Below are positions 32,985 through 44,302 of a DNA stretch of 64,000 nt, piece by piece. Numbering within the stretch: the stretch's first letter is position 1; the number at the start of each line of letters is the position of its first letter. Origin of the DNA: Pelagomonas calceolata (taxonomy: Eukaryota); contig CAKKNE010000001.1 in NCBI GenBank assembly GCA_918797485.1, positions 4,402,001 through 4,466,000 of the forward strand, written 5' to 3'. The translations under genes were made by a program, and so were the position numbers. Below the pieces are notes generated by a model, which searched no databases, had not been told where the DNA came from, and saw only the letters and a list, made by a program, of their open reading frames with translations.

Positions 32985-33602
32985 TTAGAGCGACGCGTCA
33001 TACGCCGCGCGCCTCGACCGGTCGCCGAGCGTCGCGTAGGCCTCCTGGACCGCCTTGAAGCGCTCGTTCGCCGTTGGCGAGGCGCACTTGTCCGGGTGGA
33101 GCCGCAGGGCGAGCGCGCGGTAGGCCGCCTTGACGTCCGAGCGGGGCGCTTTGATAGAGACGCCGAGGACGTCGTAGAGCGTCTTCCGCTTTGACGATGG
33201 TGGCGGCCGTCGTCGTTGCGGTTGGCGGTCACCACCGTCGAAGGGACCCTCCCAGCGCGCGTCGTCCTGGCGGTCGGCCGCGGCCGGCCGGTTCCGGGCC
33301 GCCGGCGCCGGGGCGTCGACGGCGGCGGCGCCGTGCTCGCGGCGCCACCAGGCCGCGGCCTCGCCGTCGTCGTCCGAGTCCGAGGCCGACGCGTCGTCTT
33401 CCGTCGACGACGGCGGCGACCGCGTTGGCTCTAGCTCCTCAAGGACACTGCGGAAGCCCTCCCAGCCGCTGCCCTCCGGGCTTCTTGCTTGATTTAGTAA
33501 ATTCTTGATATTTCTGGGGCTGGCTTGGGCTTCTTCCAATCGTTGGGCTGCCGCGCCGGCCATAATGGCTGCCCCAATTTGCCCCAGTTGGCACTGCCCC
33601 AT
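32985..33602 (-). CDS. C-terminal DnaJ-domain protein
   Basis: TLYDVLGV..AYRALALRLHPDK..F..VQEAYATL. Start codon uncertain. Confidence 0.8.
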   Translation of the reverse strand: MGQCQLGQIGAAIMAGAAAQRLEEAQASPRNIKNLLNQARSPEGSGWEGFRSVLEELEPTRSPPSSTEDDASASDSDDDGEAAAWWRREHGAAAVDAPAPAARNRPAAADRQDDARWEGPFDGGDRQPQRRRPPPSSKRKTLYDVLGVSIKAPRSDVKAAYRALALRLHPDKCASPTANERFKAVQEAYATLGDRSRRAAYDASL

Positions 33603-34136
33603 TCGTGGGCGGGCGCGCGCGGCCTCCCTCTATCCGTCCGCAAATGCCCGCGCGGAGACTCCTCGAAGTGGCGCTTTGGAGTAGTGGCGCTCTAGGTCGC
33701 ATGGTTGCCCGCGTTTGAATTCAGAGACCCGAGAGCGGGCAAACAGAGGTACGGGGGTTTCGTAATGGAGTGTTTTCAGAGCCCTGGCCCGTGTTTGAAG
33801 TTGGCCTTCCGATTCCGCACGGGGGGTATGCACCGAGTGTGATGCTCGAGTGAGGTACGCTCGTCGCTGCTCACCAAACTAAGCTACGAAGAACTCGAGA
33901 GGCACGAGTGTTGCAAAACCTATTGTCCTCCCGAAACCCAGCTTTTTTCGGCGAGCGGAGCGTATTCAAAAACGCTCTCGGGCGCCAAGTGCAAATAGGC
34001 TGCCAAGCGCAAGTTCGCGCCGCCGCGGGACGCAAGCCACCGCCGGCGCAGGACTCCCAAGACCAGAAAAAAGCTGCCGAGCCGGCCTACTGCCGCCGCG
34101 GGACTGCCTCGGTAGTCTAACCCCGCGGCACGAGCC

Positions 34137-34664
34137 ATGGCCGACGAAAAACAAACCCCGGCGGAACAACAACCGCCCCAGAGCCCGGCGCGCGTCACCT
34201 GGCCCGACGACCAAAGGCCCTGGGGCTCGCCGCCGCGACGAGCGGGCGCCATCGACCTGAAGCCCCACTCGCCGCCGCGATTGGGAACGTCGACACCAAC
34301 AGAAAACGTCCTGAACCCGGTCGCGTCGCCGTCCGTCGTCGGCATGTACGACTTCGCCTGGGACGAGTCGCCGGCCGTGCGCGCGTCGCCGCGCAACGAC
34401 GCGTTCAACCACCGCTCCCTATTCCTGCGGCGCATGCGCGCGAACTCCGACGACGGCTCCTTCTCGTCGCGCAAGCGGCCGCGCGACGACGACGCCATGA
34501 CGGACTCGCCGCCGACGCGCACGCGCTTGGACTTCGACGTCGGCTTCGACAACGACGCGACGGATGCGCGGCCGCCGCAGCCACCACAAAGGGCGCCGCG
34601 CGACGCGTCGAGCCCCTGCCCCCACGGCAAGCTGCTCTCCATCTTGTGGGGCAGCGGCACCTGA
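34137..34664 (+). CDS. Hypothetical SP-rich disordered protein
   Basis: ATG-initiated GC3-rich ORF; no recognisable domain. Confidence 0.5.
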   Translation: MADEKQTPAEQQPPQSPARVTWPDDQRPWGSPPRRAGAIDLKPHSPPRLGTSTPTENVLNPVASPSVVGMYDFAWDESPAVRASPRNDAFNHRSLFLRRMRANSDDGSFSSRKRPRDDDAMTDSPPTRTRLDFDVGFDNDATDARPPQPPQRAPRDASSPCPHGKLLSILWGSGT

Positions 34665-34786
34665 CGATGCGTGGACAAAAAAAAAAAAAGCCCCCTGCTT
34701 TCTTGTTACATCATCTCGATCGATCCCCATATCGGCGGCAACGCCGTGAGTAATAATTGTTTGCATACGCGTACACCACAAAACAT

Positions 34787-35509
34787 TTACACAACCAGCC
34801 CCGCGAGCGACTCCGGCGGCGGCGCGTCGCTCGCGACGGCCTCCGCGGCGATGAGCTCCGCGAGCTCCGCCGCGGGCACGAAGGCGGCGAGTCCCGCAAG
34901 CGGATGGCCCGCCGGGACGATCCCCTCGACGACGCCGACGCACGCCGAGCCGGACAGGATCACGGGCGCGCCGCACTGGCCCTGCTCGAGCCGGGAGTCG
35001 GTCCGTAAGAAATGCTGCGGGCCTCCGGCCACCCGCCCGACGTACGCGCCGGCGACGACCTCTGGAATGACCAGGTCGTCGTCTTCGCCCGCGTCGTGGA
35101 TGTTGTGACCATCGACAGTCAGCGCCGCGTTTTCGTCCAACGCCCCCAGGGCCAGATCAAGCGCCGGCACGCCGAGCGCATCCAGCGCGCCAGCGTCGAT
35201 GGGCGTCAGGACCGCCGCGTCCCGATCAGCGTGGCAGACCGGCGCGCACGCCTCGGTGCAGGCCTCGACGACGCCGGCGGCGGATCGCCGCTCCAGAAAG
35301 TACCTCGTGTGCTCCGGTCCTACTGATTTCACCCATTCCTCGGGGAAGTAGTTCGGAAACCGCCACGGCGCAAGGACGTGCGCACTCGCGACGACGCCGC
35401 CCGACGCGAGCCGGAACGCGCTACCGCGGCTCAGGATCTCGAGGCGCTCCATGTACTCGGGCAATCTAAACCACGTCGACACCGCGAGGGACGACGACGC
35501 GCGCTGCAT
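34787..35509 (-). CDS. Trypsin-fold peptidase-like protein with Cys at the nucleophile position
   Basis: GSAF, VASAHVL (His), DAAVL (Asp), LEQGQCGAPV (GxC-G), CVGVVEG. Confidence 0.65.
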   Translation of the reverse strand: MQRASSSLAVSTWFRLPEYMERLEILSRGSAFRLASGGVVASAHVLAPWRFPNYFPEEWVKSVGPEHTRYFLERRSAAGVVEACTEACAPVCHADRDAAVLTPIDAGALDALGVPALDLALGALDENAALTVDGHNIHDAGEDDDLVIPEVVAGAYVGRVAGGPQHFLRTDSRLEQGQCGAPVILSGSACVGVVEGIVPAGHPLAGLAAFVPAAELAELIAAEAVASDAPPPESLAGLVV

Positions 35510-35861
35510 CGCTCGTACGCAGACGAGTGATATGTCCTCTGGGTGCAGTGCTGTGGCTGGGTAGCGCCCGCAATTGCGTTGCCTCTGAACGCCTGCAACA
35601 CGTCGCAGTGATCGATCAAACGAGCTTTCGCGTCGGCAATTTGCCTGACGGGCATTTATGCCGATGCTGAGTGCGAGGTGCTGCTGCAGAGCTGGAGCAC
35701 GAAGCAGCACCGGTCGCTGAGCGTGCAGGGACGGCACAAGAACGCCGTAGCAGTCGTGCCAGGAGCGCGTGAGGACGCCAGCAAGGAGACCAGCAGCTGG
35801 GCCGCGGCAGGCGCCGCAGCAGAGTGGTGCAGCAGTGGGCAGGCTTCATCTGCACGCAGCG

Positions 35862-37274
35862 ATGCGACCCCTGCTCGCCGTCGCCGCGCTGGCATCGAAC
35901 GCAGTAGCACTGGCACCGTACGCCAAGCAGATCAAACTCGCACAGCCAGAGCTGCAGTCGTGGCTCGCGCGCGACGTCGGCCGCCGCCGCCAGGAGCTGC
36001 AAGCGCTGGCGTGGCTTGGCCGCGCGCACCGCGTGCTCCCGAATCTGTTCGACAAAGTGTTCACGATCGACCGCTACGCCAACGCGCCGTGGTACGCGTG
36101 CGACGACGGCAGGACTTATGGCACGCTCAAGACGGGCACGGCAGTCGTCGCCCGCGGCGTGCCCGTGTCCTTCTCGCTCTCGGGCGACGGCGCGAAGATG
36201 ACGGTCTCGGGGCTGGGCTGCGACATCCTGCCGCGCATACCGGCGAACGCGTCAGTAATGGAAGAACGCGATGCGGAGCGCCTCTGCCAGCAGCTGGTCG
36301 CGTCGAAGCGCATATTGATTGACGCCATCGAAACGGCGGTCTTCGACGTCCTCGAGCCCGCGCTCGCGGGAGGGCCGACGTTCGAGGCGACGGGAGATGT
36401 GGTGGAGTTCACGCCACGACGCGACCTCTTCGCCCGCGAGGGAAGTAGCGAGAAGTGGCTCCAGTGCGTCTCTGAGTACTACTTCGCGGCGGCGTCGCTG
36501 CAGGAGGTTGTAGCTGTTGGTAGCGACGTGCGGTTTGTGTTCTACTACGACGCGACCGAACCGCTGAATTCCGAGGATCTGCGAAGAAACGTCAATCCCG
36601 AGATCATCTGCTGTCGCCTGCCGGAGGCCGACGGCGCGGCGCGGGCGTCACTCTCCTGCGTGTTTGTAGTGCTGCTGGTGCTGCTGGTGCTGCTCGAGCC
36701 CTCGAGCGCGACGCGATCCACACGTCGAGCACCAGTCGCAAGACGAGGCCGCCTCCTCGTCTTCGCGTCGATTCTCGCTTCCAGCAGCGCGCTTAAACCA
36801 CTAACGACGCCGCCGCGCCTCGTCATCCTCGCCGGCCTCCCGGGCAGCGGCAAGAGCAGTCTCGCCGCGGCGCTGGAAAAAAGAGGCTGGGCCGTCGTGA
36901 ACCAGGATTCCCTCGGAAATCGGAGGAAATGCGAGCGGGCCTGCGCGCGCGCGTTCGAGCGCGGCGACCGCGTCGTTATTGATAGATGCAACCACGACCG
37001 GGCGCAGCGGGCGCACTGGACGCGGATTCTGGAAAGGGCGGGCGGCGGTTACAAAGTTGCGGTCTGGCTGACGACGCCCGTCGATTCTTGTGTGGAGCGC
37101 GTCCTCGCACGGCCCGCGCACCCGACGCTGGCCGGGCCCGGCGCCGAGAAGGTCGTGCGGAATTTTGAAAAAAGCTTCGACCCGCCCGGTGAGGACGAGG
37201 TCGACGCGATCATCAAACTCGCGCCAACGGACGACTACGACGCCGTCGCCGCGGCGCTCGACCCGTGTATGTGA
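35862..37274 (+). CDS. Signal-peptide protein with C-terminal AAA_33/PNK-like P-loop kinase (possibly two genes)
   Basis: ILAGLPGSGKS, VNQD, VVIDRCN and R..HPTL motifs. Confidence 0.65.
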   Translation: MRPLLAVAALASNAVALAPYAKQIKLAQPELQSWLARDVGRRRQELQALAWLGRAHRVLPNLFDKVFTIDRYANAPWYACDDGRTYGTLKTGTAVVARGVPVSFSLSGDGAKMTVSGLGCDILPRIPANASVMEERDAERLCQQLVASKRILIDAIETAVFDVLEPALAGGPTFEATGDVVEFTPRRDLFAREGSSEKWLQCVSEYYFAAASLQEVVAVGSDVRFVFYYDATEPLNSEDLRRNVNPEIICCRLPEADGAARASLSCVFVVLLVLLVLLEPSSATRSTRRAPVARRGRLLVFASILASSSALKPLTTPPRLVILAGLPGSGKSSLAAALEKRGWAVVNQDSLGNRRKCERACARAFERGDRVVIDRCNHDRAQRAHWTRILERAGGGYKVAVWLTTPVDSCVERVLARPAHPTLAGPGAEKVVRNFEKSFDPPGEDEVDAIIKLAPTDDYDAVAAALDPCM

Positions 37275-37337
37275 TACTAGTAACCCAGCTTGTTACCCTA
37301 TATCATATTCTTGGCAAGGGGGGATGGTGGGATCTCT

Positions 37338-38825
37338 CTAGTCGTCGAAGCCGCCCGGCGGCCCCTTGTTCTTCTGCCCCGGCAGGAATGGTAAATCAGG
37401 CAGCTTCAGGTCTCCCGGCAGCTTCGGCGCGTCGGGCAGCTTGAGGTCGCCGCCCGCCGCGCCCGACGCCGCGCGCCCGGCGAGGACGCCGACGCTCGCG
37501 ACCGTGTTCCCCAGCGCCGTGAAGGCGTCGCCGAGCGCGGCGCCGACCTCGGCGTCATTGGCCGCGTTCGACGCCGCCTTCGCCGCCGACGACGCCGCGC
37601 CGCCCAGGTTCGAGACGATCTGCCCCGTCGACGACGCGGCGTCGCGCGCGATCGCCGCGGCCTCGGACTGGGAGACCTCTCCACTATCGGCGAGCTCGCG
37701 CGTCAAAGCCGACGTGGTATTGGTCGCCTCGCTCAGCAATTTCGAGGCCTCGGCCCGATCGGCAGAAGCCTGGAAGTTGCCCGCGAACGCTAATAAAGAT
37801 TTCCCGACGTTCTGGAAGGCGTTGATCGTGGCTTTGGCCGACGACGCGGCGGCGTCCTTGAGCGCGGCGTCGTCGAGCGACTCCACGTCTATTTGTTGGA
37901 CCGCGCTTCTCGAAGGAGGCGGCACGGCCGGGCCCGCATTCACAGAAGGTGCTACGGGCTGCGCGGCACCGAGCGGCGCCGCACCTAAAACAGCGTCGCG
38001 CTGGTCGAGGGCGTCGTTGATGCGCTGACGCAAGGCCGCCACGGAAGCCTCGGTCTCGGCGATGGCGATGGCCGACTCGGCGAGTTGGGCCTGCAGCGCC
38101 TCGACCTGCTGCCAGGAGTACAATCGCAACGCTTCGCCGTCGTCCGTCGCCGGCAACGACGCCAACGTCGTCTCCATGGCCTCGATGCGCGCATTTATTT
38201 GGTCCTGTTCCACCTTGATCTGCCCGGAGCACTCGTCGACGTCCTCTATTAACACAAGTTCAATGGCAACTAAACCAGCCTTCGTCTCGATGGCCGCAGC
38301 TAAAGATGCGGCGACGGCGTCCTCGGACGTCCGCTGCCTGACATCTTGCAGCTGCACCAATAACTGCTCCTCCCTCCGACACCGCTCCATTTTTTGCGCT
38401 TTGGCATCGGCGAGCTGCTGCTGGAGCTGCGCGGCCGACGCGGCGCGGTCCCGTTCCGCGGCCATTTCCCGTTCGAGTTGGAACCGTAGGGCGGCGACCT
38501 CCTCGCCGATGACCTCCTCGACCTGCTTCCTTCGCAATTGAGACCTTTCAAGCTGCGTCTGCAATCTAGCGACCTCCAAATTCCTTTCACTTCGTGCCGA
38601 GAACTCTCCTAACACACTCTCGGAGAGGGACATCGGCGCCGGCGGCGCCGGCTCCTCGATCACCTCGGCCTCAGGCGCGGCCTCCTCGGGCGCGGCGGCG
38701 GCGGGCGGCGCCATGGAGTCCAAGTAGTCACTCCTAACTGATACGGAGTGTTTCGCGCACTGCGGCGGTGCGACGAGAGCATTGCTGACGGCGAGGGCCA
38801 GCGCTAGTGTGCGAAACTGCAGCAT
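37338..38825 (-). CDS. Coiled-coil protein, probably plastid-targeted
   Basis: Signal peptide + NAL, long heptad region and DLKLPD repeats. Confidence 0.7.
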   Translation of the reverse strand: MLQFRTLALALAVSNALVAPPQCAKHSVSVRSDYLDSMAPPAAAAPEEAAPEAEVIEEPAPPAPMSLSESVLGEFSARSERNLEVARLQTQLERSQLRRKQVEEVIGEEVAALRFQLEREMAAERDRAASAAQLQQQLADAKAQKMERCRREEQLLVQLQDVRQRTSEDAVAASLAAAIETKAGLVAIELVLIEDVDECSGQIKVEQDQINARIEAMETTLASLPATDDGEALRLYSWQQVEALQAQLAESAIAIAETEASVAALRQRINDALDQRDAVLGAAPLGAAQPVAPSVNAGPAVPPPSRSAVQQIDVESLDDAALKDAAASSAKATINAFQNVGKSLLAFAGNFQASADRAEASKLLSEATNTTSALTRELADSGEVSQSEAAAIARDAASSTGQIVSNLGGAASSAAKAASNAANDAEVGAALGDAFTALGNTVASVGVLAGRAASGAAGGDLKLPDAPKLPGDLKLPDLPFLPGQKNKGPPGGFDD

Positions 38826-39400
38826 CGCCTAGGGAGAGTGGTATCCGTCGATCAGTGGTTTTTGCTGACTCTAGCCGTGCTGAGGCCGAGTTGTGCGCAC
38901 TGGATTGAATATAGGAAGACGTCAGCCAGTCGCCGGCTTGCAGACCACGGGGCTAGCCGCGTATTATGCCAAATCAATCTACCTTGATCACTTGTGTGAG
39001 AGAGATAATACCCGCACGCACGTACGCGGCTTCTGTGATGGGTCACCGACAAGAGGAGTAGTCCCTTGCCCCCGTGACGGAATCCCGGCCTGTTTGCGAG
39101 GCGCGACGAGCGCCAACAAAAGCAGTCCCCTGGACTGCTTTTTGGTGACCTCTAACTCCTCGCCCGGCTGCCTTCAGCGCTTCATACGCTGTGATTGTGA
39201 AGCATTTATACGGCTCTCAATCTCAACGAGCGCAGACGCCGTGTCGTGACTCCTACGGGGCAGCACCAGGGGCGCCAGCACCAGCACTGCGCCAAAGCAC
39301 TGCCAAAAACCGCGCGCGACATCGCTCGCAACCGTCGGCGACTCGGCTTCAACCCTCGCCACACTGTCAGCAGGATCGCAAGACCGTCCTCACAGCAGAA

Positions 39401-41176
39401 ATGGCAGCACCCGACGCCGCGCCCGCGCCCGTCGCGGTCAAGTCAATCAAAGGAGAAAAAAAAAAGCAAGTGCGCGACGCGACCGCCGACCTCTACGCCC
39501 AGCACGCGCCGACGACGCCCGACGGGGCCATGCGCGCCATCTGGCAGAAACCGTCCGAGATAAGACGCCACGAGCGCGAGCTGTTTAAGAGGTTTGCGTC
39601 CGACGTCAAGCCCAAGGAGACCATGGGCCTCTCTCCAAAACACGCGCCGTTATCAAACTGCTACGGCTGGACGCAGAGCCGCGACTTTGTCATTGTTGTT
39701 GTTTGGTTGCAGGGTCCTTCGGATGATGTTACTGTGGAGATCAATAATAATAAAATGCTGGTGCAGACCGAGGGCTATACGCCAGTGATTGATCGACAAC
39801 TCTTCTCCCAGGTAGATGAGAGAGTAGACGTCGAGACTGTCGCGTGGGACAAGCTTGATTTAATGGCCCTCAAGCTTACTAAGAAGGATACAGGAATCAT
39901 CTGGGACGCGTTATTTGCGGGCGACTGGCGCTTGTTACGGGCGGTCGACGCGGCGTCGTACGAGGCTTTGCCCGATCCTAGCGACCCTCTGACCTACTGC
40001 ATCTCGGTCTTCGTGCCCGAGCACTGCTTGCGGAGCGACATCGACGTAGACGTCACGGCGCAGTACGTTTCTGTACGTATAAGGGAATGGACGGAATGGC
40101 GAAGGCACTTCAAGTACCCCTGCCGCGCCACAGAGGCCGTCTGGGAGCTGGGCTGGGAGAAACCGATCGAAGAGGAGCAGGAGCAGCGATGGTCGGTCGG
40201 CGAGGACGCCTACCGGCCCACGTCATTACATAGGCGGCGCCGCGTCGTGCAGATCACCGTGGGTTTTGCGGACCTGCCGCGGAAGCGTGTCGTGTACGAC
40301 CGCCGTCATGGCGAGCTCGTCGAGCTCGGGCTTGATAGTGATGTGAAGGACGCGCCACCGTCGGCGTTCCGAGCGGATGTGATAGATGGCGACCTCGCAA
40401 CTAGAACGTTGTTCGTCGAGCACGAGGACGGCATGCTCTGCGGCGCCGTCGCCGAGGTCGCTTCTCATTTAGACGCGCCGGAGGCGTACCCTTTGCCAAG
40501 GTTGTCGGCCGTGGCCCAAGCTCTCTTATCTCACATCCCCGCCGCTGATAGAAACTTATATGAATTCGGGGGTGAAAATCAGGTGGAGCCCGTCGACCAG
40601 TGGCGCGCCGCGGCGTCGTATGATGCCGAGCTCGCGTGGTGCGAACGCGTGGGGCGCGACTTTGACAACGGCGACGAGCGTCGTATTGAAGAGGAATCAG
40701 AGGACGAGGACACGGTCGTCGTCGAGGAGCTCCCGCCGCCGCCGTTGCAACGTCCAAAATGCGGCATGCTCGGCGCCGAGCCCGTGCGCGTCCTCACAGG
40801 AAGGCGTGCCTCTGAGAAAGCCTGGCCGCTGACGCGGTCCCTCGCTTCAGGTAGAGACGCGTGGCCCGCTGAAAGATTAGCGGACTACGCCTTCGACGCG
40901 GGCAAGAAGACTGTGAAAGTGTACGTGAGGGTGCCGTTCGCGGTCACTGATGAATCAGTGTTCGCCGAGTTCGACGACGAGCTGCGCCTCGAGGTCGTGG
41001 ATGTGGCGGCGTCGACGCGGTACTACTTCCGCGTCGCGCTCGCGCACGCCGTCTCCAAACAACACTGCAAGGCCGCGGCGAAGCGCGGCGACGTCGTCGT
41101 GACGCTGCGGAAAGCCGACCCCGAGGACGCCTGGCTTACTCTAGCGTCGACAGAGGTCGCGGGTAACTATTTTTAA
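39401..41176 (+). CDS. Multi-CS-domain (NudC/p23-like co-chaperone) protein
   Basis: YGWTQSRDFV..LKLTKK..W..L and C-terminal DYAFD..VKVYV..VVVTLRKAD..W..L. Confidence 0.7.
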   Translation: MAAPDAAPAPVAVKSIKGEKKKQVRDATADLYAQHAPTTPDGAMRAIWQKPSEIRRHERELFKRFASDVKPKETMGLSPKHAPLSNCYGWTQSRDFVIVVVWLQGPSDDVTVEINNNKMLVQTEGYTPVIDRQLFSQVDERVDVETVAWDKLDLMALKLTKKDTGIIWDALFAGDWRLLRAVDAASYEALPDPSDPLTYCISVFVPEHCLRSDIDVDVTAQYVSVRIREWTEWRRHFKYPCRATEAVWELGWEKPIEEEQEQRWSVGEDAYRPTSLHRRRRVVQITVGFADLPRKRVVYDRRHGELVELGLDSDVKDAPPSAFRADVIDGDLATRTLFVEHEDGMLCGAVAEVASHLDAPEAYPLPRLSAVAQALLSHIPAADRNLYEFGGENQVEPVDQWRAAASYDAELAWCERVGRDFDNGDERRIEEESEDEDTVVVEELPPPPLQRPKCGMLGAEPVRVLTGRRASEKAWPLTRSLASGRDAWPAERLADYAFDAGKKTVKVYVRVPFAVTDESVFAEFDDELRLEVVDVAASTRYYFRVALAHAVSKQHCKAAAKRGDVVVTLRKADPEDAWLTLASTEVAGNYF

Positions 41177-41231
41177 CTTTGTTTTGGAGTGGTCCTCGTC
41201 GGCGCGGACATACGTTTAAATATTAGAAATA

Positions 41232-42939
41232 CTAGTGCCGCGCCGCCGCGACGCGCTCCCGGATTTCGGCCTTTACAACTAAATCGCCGACCGGCGGCCG
41301 CTCGTGCTCGTCGACCTCGAAGTACTCGCCGTCGCCGAAGACGGGTGCTAGCGACCTTAACAGCCCGAGGCCGTGGTTCAACGAGTAGTCCGCGACGAAG
41401 GCCGCGAGCTTCAAAGCCACCGACGGTGGTAATCGGGGTAATAACGCCAGCCCGAATAATAGCCTCCCGAGCCGAGTCTCGTGGTGGTGGTTTCCGGGAA
41501 GCCCGGGCCAGCCGCCGAGGAAGCCGCCCCAGACGTCCTCGTCGACTGCGAAGAAGGCGGCGAACCATGCCCGCAGATCTTTGGCGCCGAGCGTCAAGAG
41601 GAACTCTCCCCCGAACAACGCGAACTCGCGCTGCAGCACCGTTTCGCGCGACCTGCGCGGGGAACCGCCTCGGGCGGGTTGGCTAGAGTTCGTCGCGACT
41701 CGGGGACGCACCAGACCGCCGCGTACGCCGCGCGCGCCGCCGCGTCCGGCGTCCTCTTCTCCCGGTGGGCGGTAATCAACGCATCGGCCACACTTGGCGC
41801 CGCAGCGAGCATTCTACAGAGTTGGTAGCCCGTCGCCGGGTGTACGAGTGCCGCCGCGGCGCCGAACGCGACGACGCGCTGCCGCGGGTCCGGCGGCGGC
41901 CCGCCCATGGGTATGTACGAAAGTTCGTCGGGCTCGTCGGGGTGCTTGCCTTTCAGTTCGACGCCTAGATGTTCCAACCGCAGGTAGGTCCGTCGCTCCA
42001 GCTCCTTCAGGGGCAGCCCTGGGCGCGCGACGAGACTCGTCTCCTCAAAGAAGACCTGTGTGGTCACGCCATCGACGTCGCCACGTGACGTTCTCTGATG
42101 ACGCCGCGCGAGACGGTCCGCAGGCCCGTGGCCTCGTCGAGGTCGAGCGGCATCGCGTACATGAACGACGGCGAGGCGTCCCGCTCCTTCACAGGTAGAT
42201 GGTCATCCCTATAGTCGAAGAGCAGCATCGCGTCGGCGTCGTACGGCGCGAGCGAAGCCTCCTCGACCAGCCCGTAGATGCCATAGGCGACCTGGAACGT
42301 GGGCGGCGGGCCAGTGCCCGTGCCTTGCCGCGACGTCAATGATGATTCGAAGCCCGTGCAGTCGACGACCGAGGTCGCACGGAGCGTCCGCCCGTCGTCG
42401 AATTCGAGCGTCGAGCCCGCGGCGTCGTGCCGGATGCCGTCGACGATGTTCGCGCACCACGACGCCGCGTCGCCCCGGACCTTGGCCTGTATCCGTCTTA
42501 CTCCAACCGCGTCGGAACGCGTCCGGAGCGTTTCTTGCAGCCGTCCTCGATGCACCCTGCAGTAGGGACTGTCGAGCGTCGTTCGCCTTTCATCAGTCTC
42601 GAAGAAGCAGTCCGTGACCGGCCACGTGTGGTCGACGCAGTCCTTGAGCTTTAATTCGGGCATCATGGCATGTAGCGCGTCGAATTCACTCTCCCATACG
42701 CCGTAATTGTTAGGCCAAGGTTTGTCGAGGTTCGGATCGACCAGCGCGACCTCCAGGCCGCCGCGCTCCGCCAGTAGCCACGCAATAACCGAGCCCGCCG
42801 GGCCCGCGCCGATGACGGCGCAGTCGCAGCTCATGTCTGCCGCGGCCACGGTGACGCGTGACCTTCCTGGTGCTGCCGCCATGAAAGCTCCGGCTTCCAG
42901 GGTCGAAAGCGCCGCCGCCAGCAGCGCTAGAGGTGCCAT
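41232..42939 (-). CDS. LCYB: Lycopene beta-cyclase, plastid-targeted; introns 42114-42056 and 41711-41653
   Basis: IGAGPAG, WPNNYGVW, FQVAYG, FMYAMP, FFEETSLVARP, YIPMGG, VHPATGY. Two 59-nt GT-AG introns join three ORFs in frame. Confidence 0.9.
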
Positions 42940-43279
42940 AATTGGGCTTCGGCTCGTTATGCGTGTTGTTGCTGCTCTTGTTTGAAGTCGTTGCTCGCTT
43001 GGGGTAATAGTGCGTTCAGTGGCAGGTACTTGCTTCGGCTGCTGCGATATATTGCGATCAGCAGCCTCGTTTGGCAAAAGAGCAGATCCATGAGGGCAGA
43101 TTTGCTATTATTTGCAATTAATCGATTGCGCCGCGACGGACCGGGTAAGCAGCCTTCTCATCGTTGCTCCGAGCCGTGCGCGGGCGTTGTGCCAAAACCC
43201 GCCGCGCAGCTAACGCGCAAGGAGAGCGTCGCCGCTCTGCGTGAGTAGGGCTGCCCCTCGACGCCGTCGACGCGCCAGG

Positions 43280-44302
43280 ATGGGCCCGCCGGCCTACGAC
43301 GGGACGCGCCACGCCGCCGGGACCCACGGCCTGCGCTGGGGCCCCAACAATGTCGTGAGCAGTGGGTGCCGCGACGGCAGCGTGGCCCTCTGGGACCCAA
43401 ACACCAAGACCAACATGATATTAGGGGGAGGCCACGACGGCGACGCGGATCCGACGGGGCGCTGGGTGCGCTGCACGGCCTGGAGCCCGGACGGGAGCTT
43501 GCTGGCCTCGGGCGGGCCGCGACGCGTCTGCGTCTGGACGGCCGAAGGCGAGTTGAAGTGTTCCCTCAACCTGGCCTCGGCGACGGCCGTCGCTGAGAAT
43601 GAAGACGACCCCGAGCCCTACTACGTCTTAGGGTTGTGCTGGGTCGACGAGACCACGCTGGCCATCGGCGGCGGCTCGCACGACGTGGCCGTCTGGAAGC
43701 TCGAGGAGGGCAATCTCCGGTTTTCCCTCGCGTGCCACGACCACGAGGATTCCATCAGGTGCCTCGCGGCGTGCAACGGGCGGTTGGCGTCCGGTTCTGA
43801 TGATTGCACCGTGAGGGTCTGGGACGGCACGCCCGCGCCGTCCGATATTATTACAAGGGGCTTCGGCGCCGCCGTGACGTGCGTCTGCTGGTCGCCGGAC
43901 GGCGCGCTGCTGGCGGCGGGTTCCGCGGACTCGTCTGTTCGCGTCGCGCGCGCGGAGGCGGGCCGCCAATTCGGCGCCGTGGCCTGGGTCTGGCGCGGCA
44001 ACGCTGAAAAAGTGACGGCGGGCGTCGCTTCCATTGATTTCAGCCGGGACGGCACGCGTTTAGCTGTGGCGGCCGAGGGCCGCGTTTTTGTCTTCGGGGG
44101 TGTCCTGGACGCGACGTTAGGTGATATGATGGCCTGTATCGACGCGCCGGGTTTACGTTATGATGTCCAGTTCGCGCCGGACGGCCGCCAGTTAGTTTAT
44201 GGGAGGTCGCTGAAGCGCGAGCCGGTCGCGTCGGACAACGTCGGCGACGAGTGGCCCGTGGCGTTCGTCGACGCGCCGCTGATCGACGATGATCCGTACT
44301 GA
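43280..44302 (+). CDS. WD40-repeat protein (5' end uncertain)
   Basis: SGCRDGSVALWD, AWSPDG, LASGSDDCTVRVWD repeats. Confidence 0.85.
   Translation: MGPPAYDGTRHAAGTHGLRWGPNNVVSSGCRDGSVALWDPNTKTNMILGGGHDGDADPTGRWVRCTAWSPDGSLLASGGPRRVCVWTAEGELKCSLNLASATAVAENEDDPEPYYVLGLCWVDETTLAIGGGSHDVAVWKLEEGNLRFSLACHDHEDSIRCLAACNGRLASGSDDCTVRVWDGTPAPSDIITRGFGAAVTCVCWSPDGALLAAGSADSSVRVARAEAGRQFGAVAWVWRGNAEKVTAGVASIDFSRDGTRLAVAAEGRVFVFGGVLDATLGDMMACIDAPGLRYDVQFAPDGRQLVYGRSLKREPVASDNVGDEWPVAFVDAPLIDDDPY

Noticed and set aside
43241..43278. 38-nt GT-AG intron extending the WD40 gene upstream
   Set aside because: Joining it to the ATG at 43090 is out of phase and hits a stop, so the 5' structure remains unresolved.
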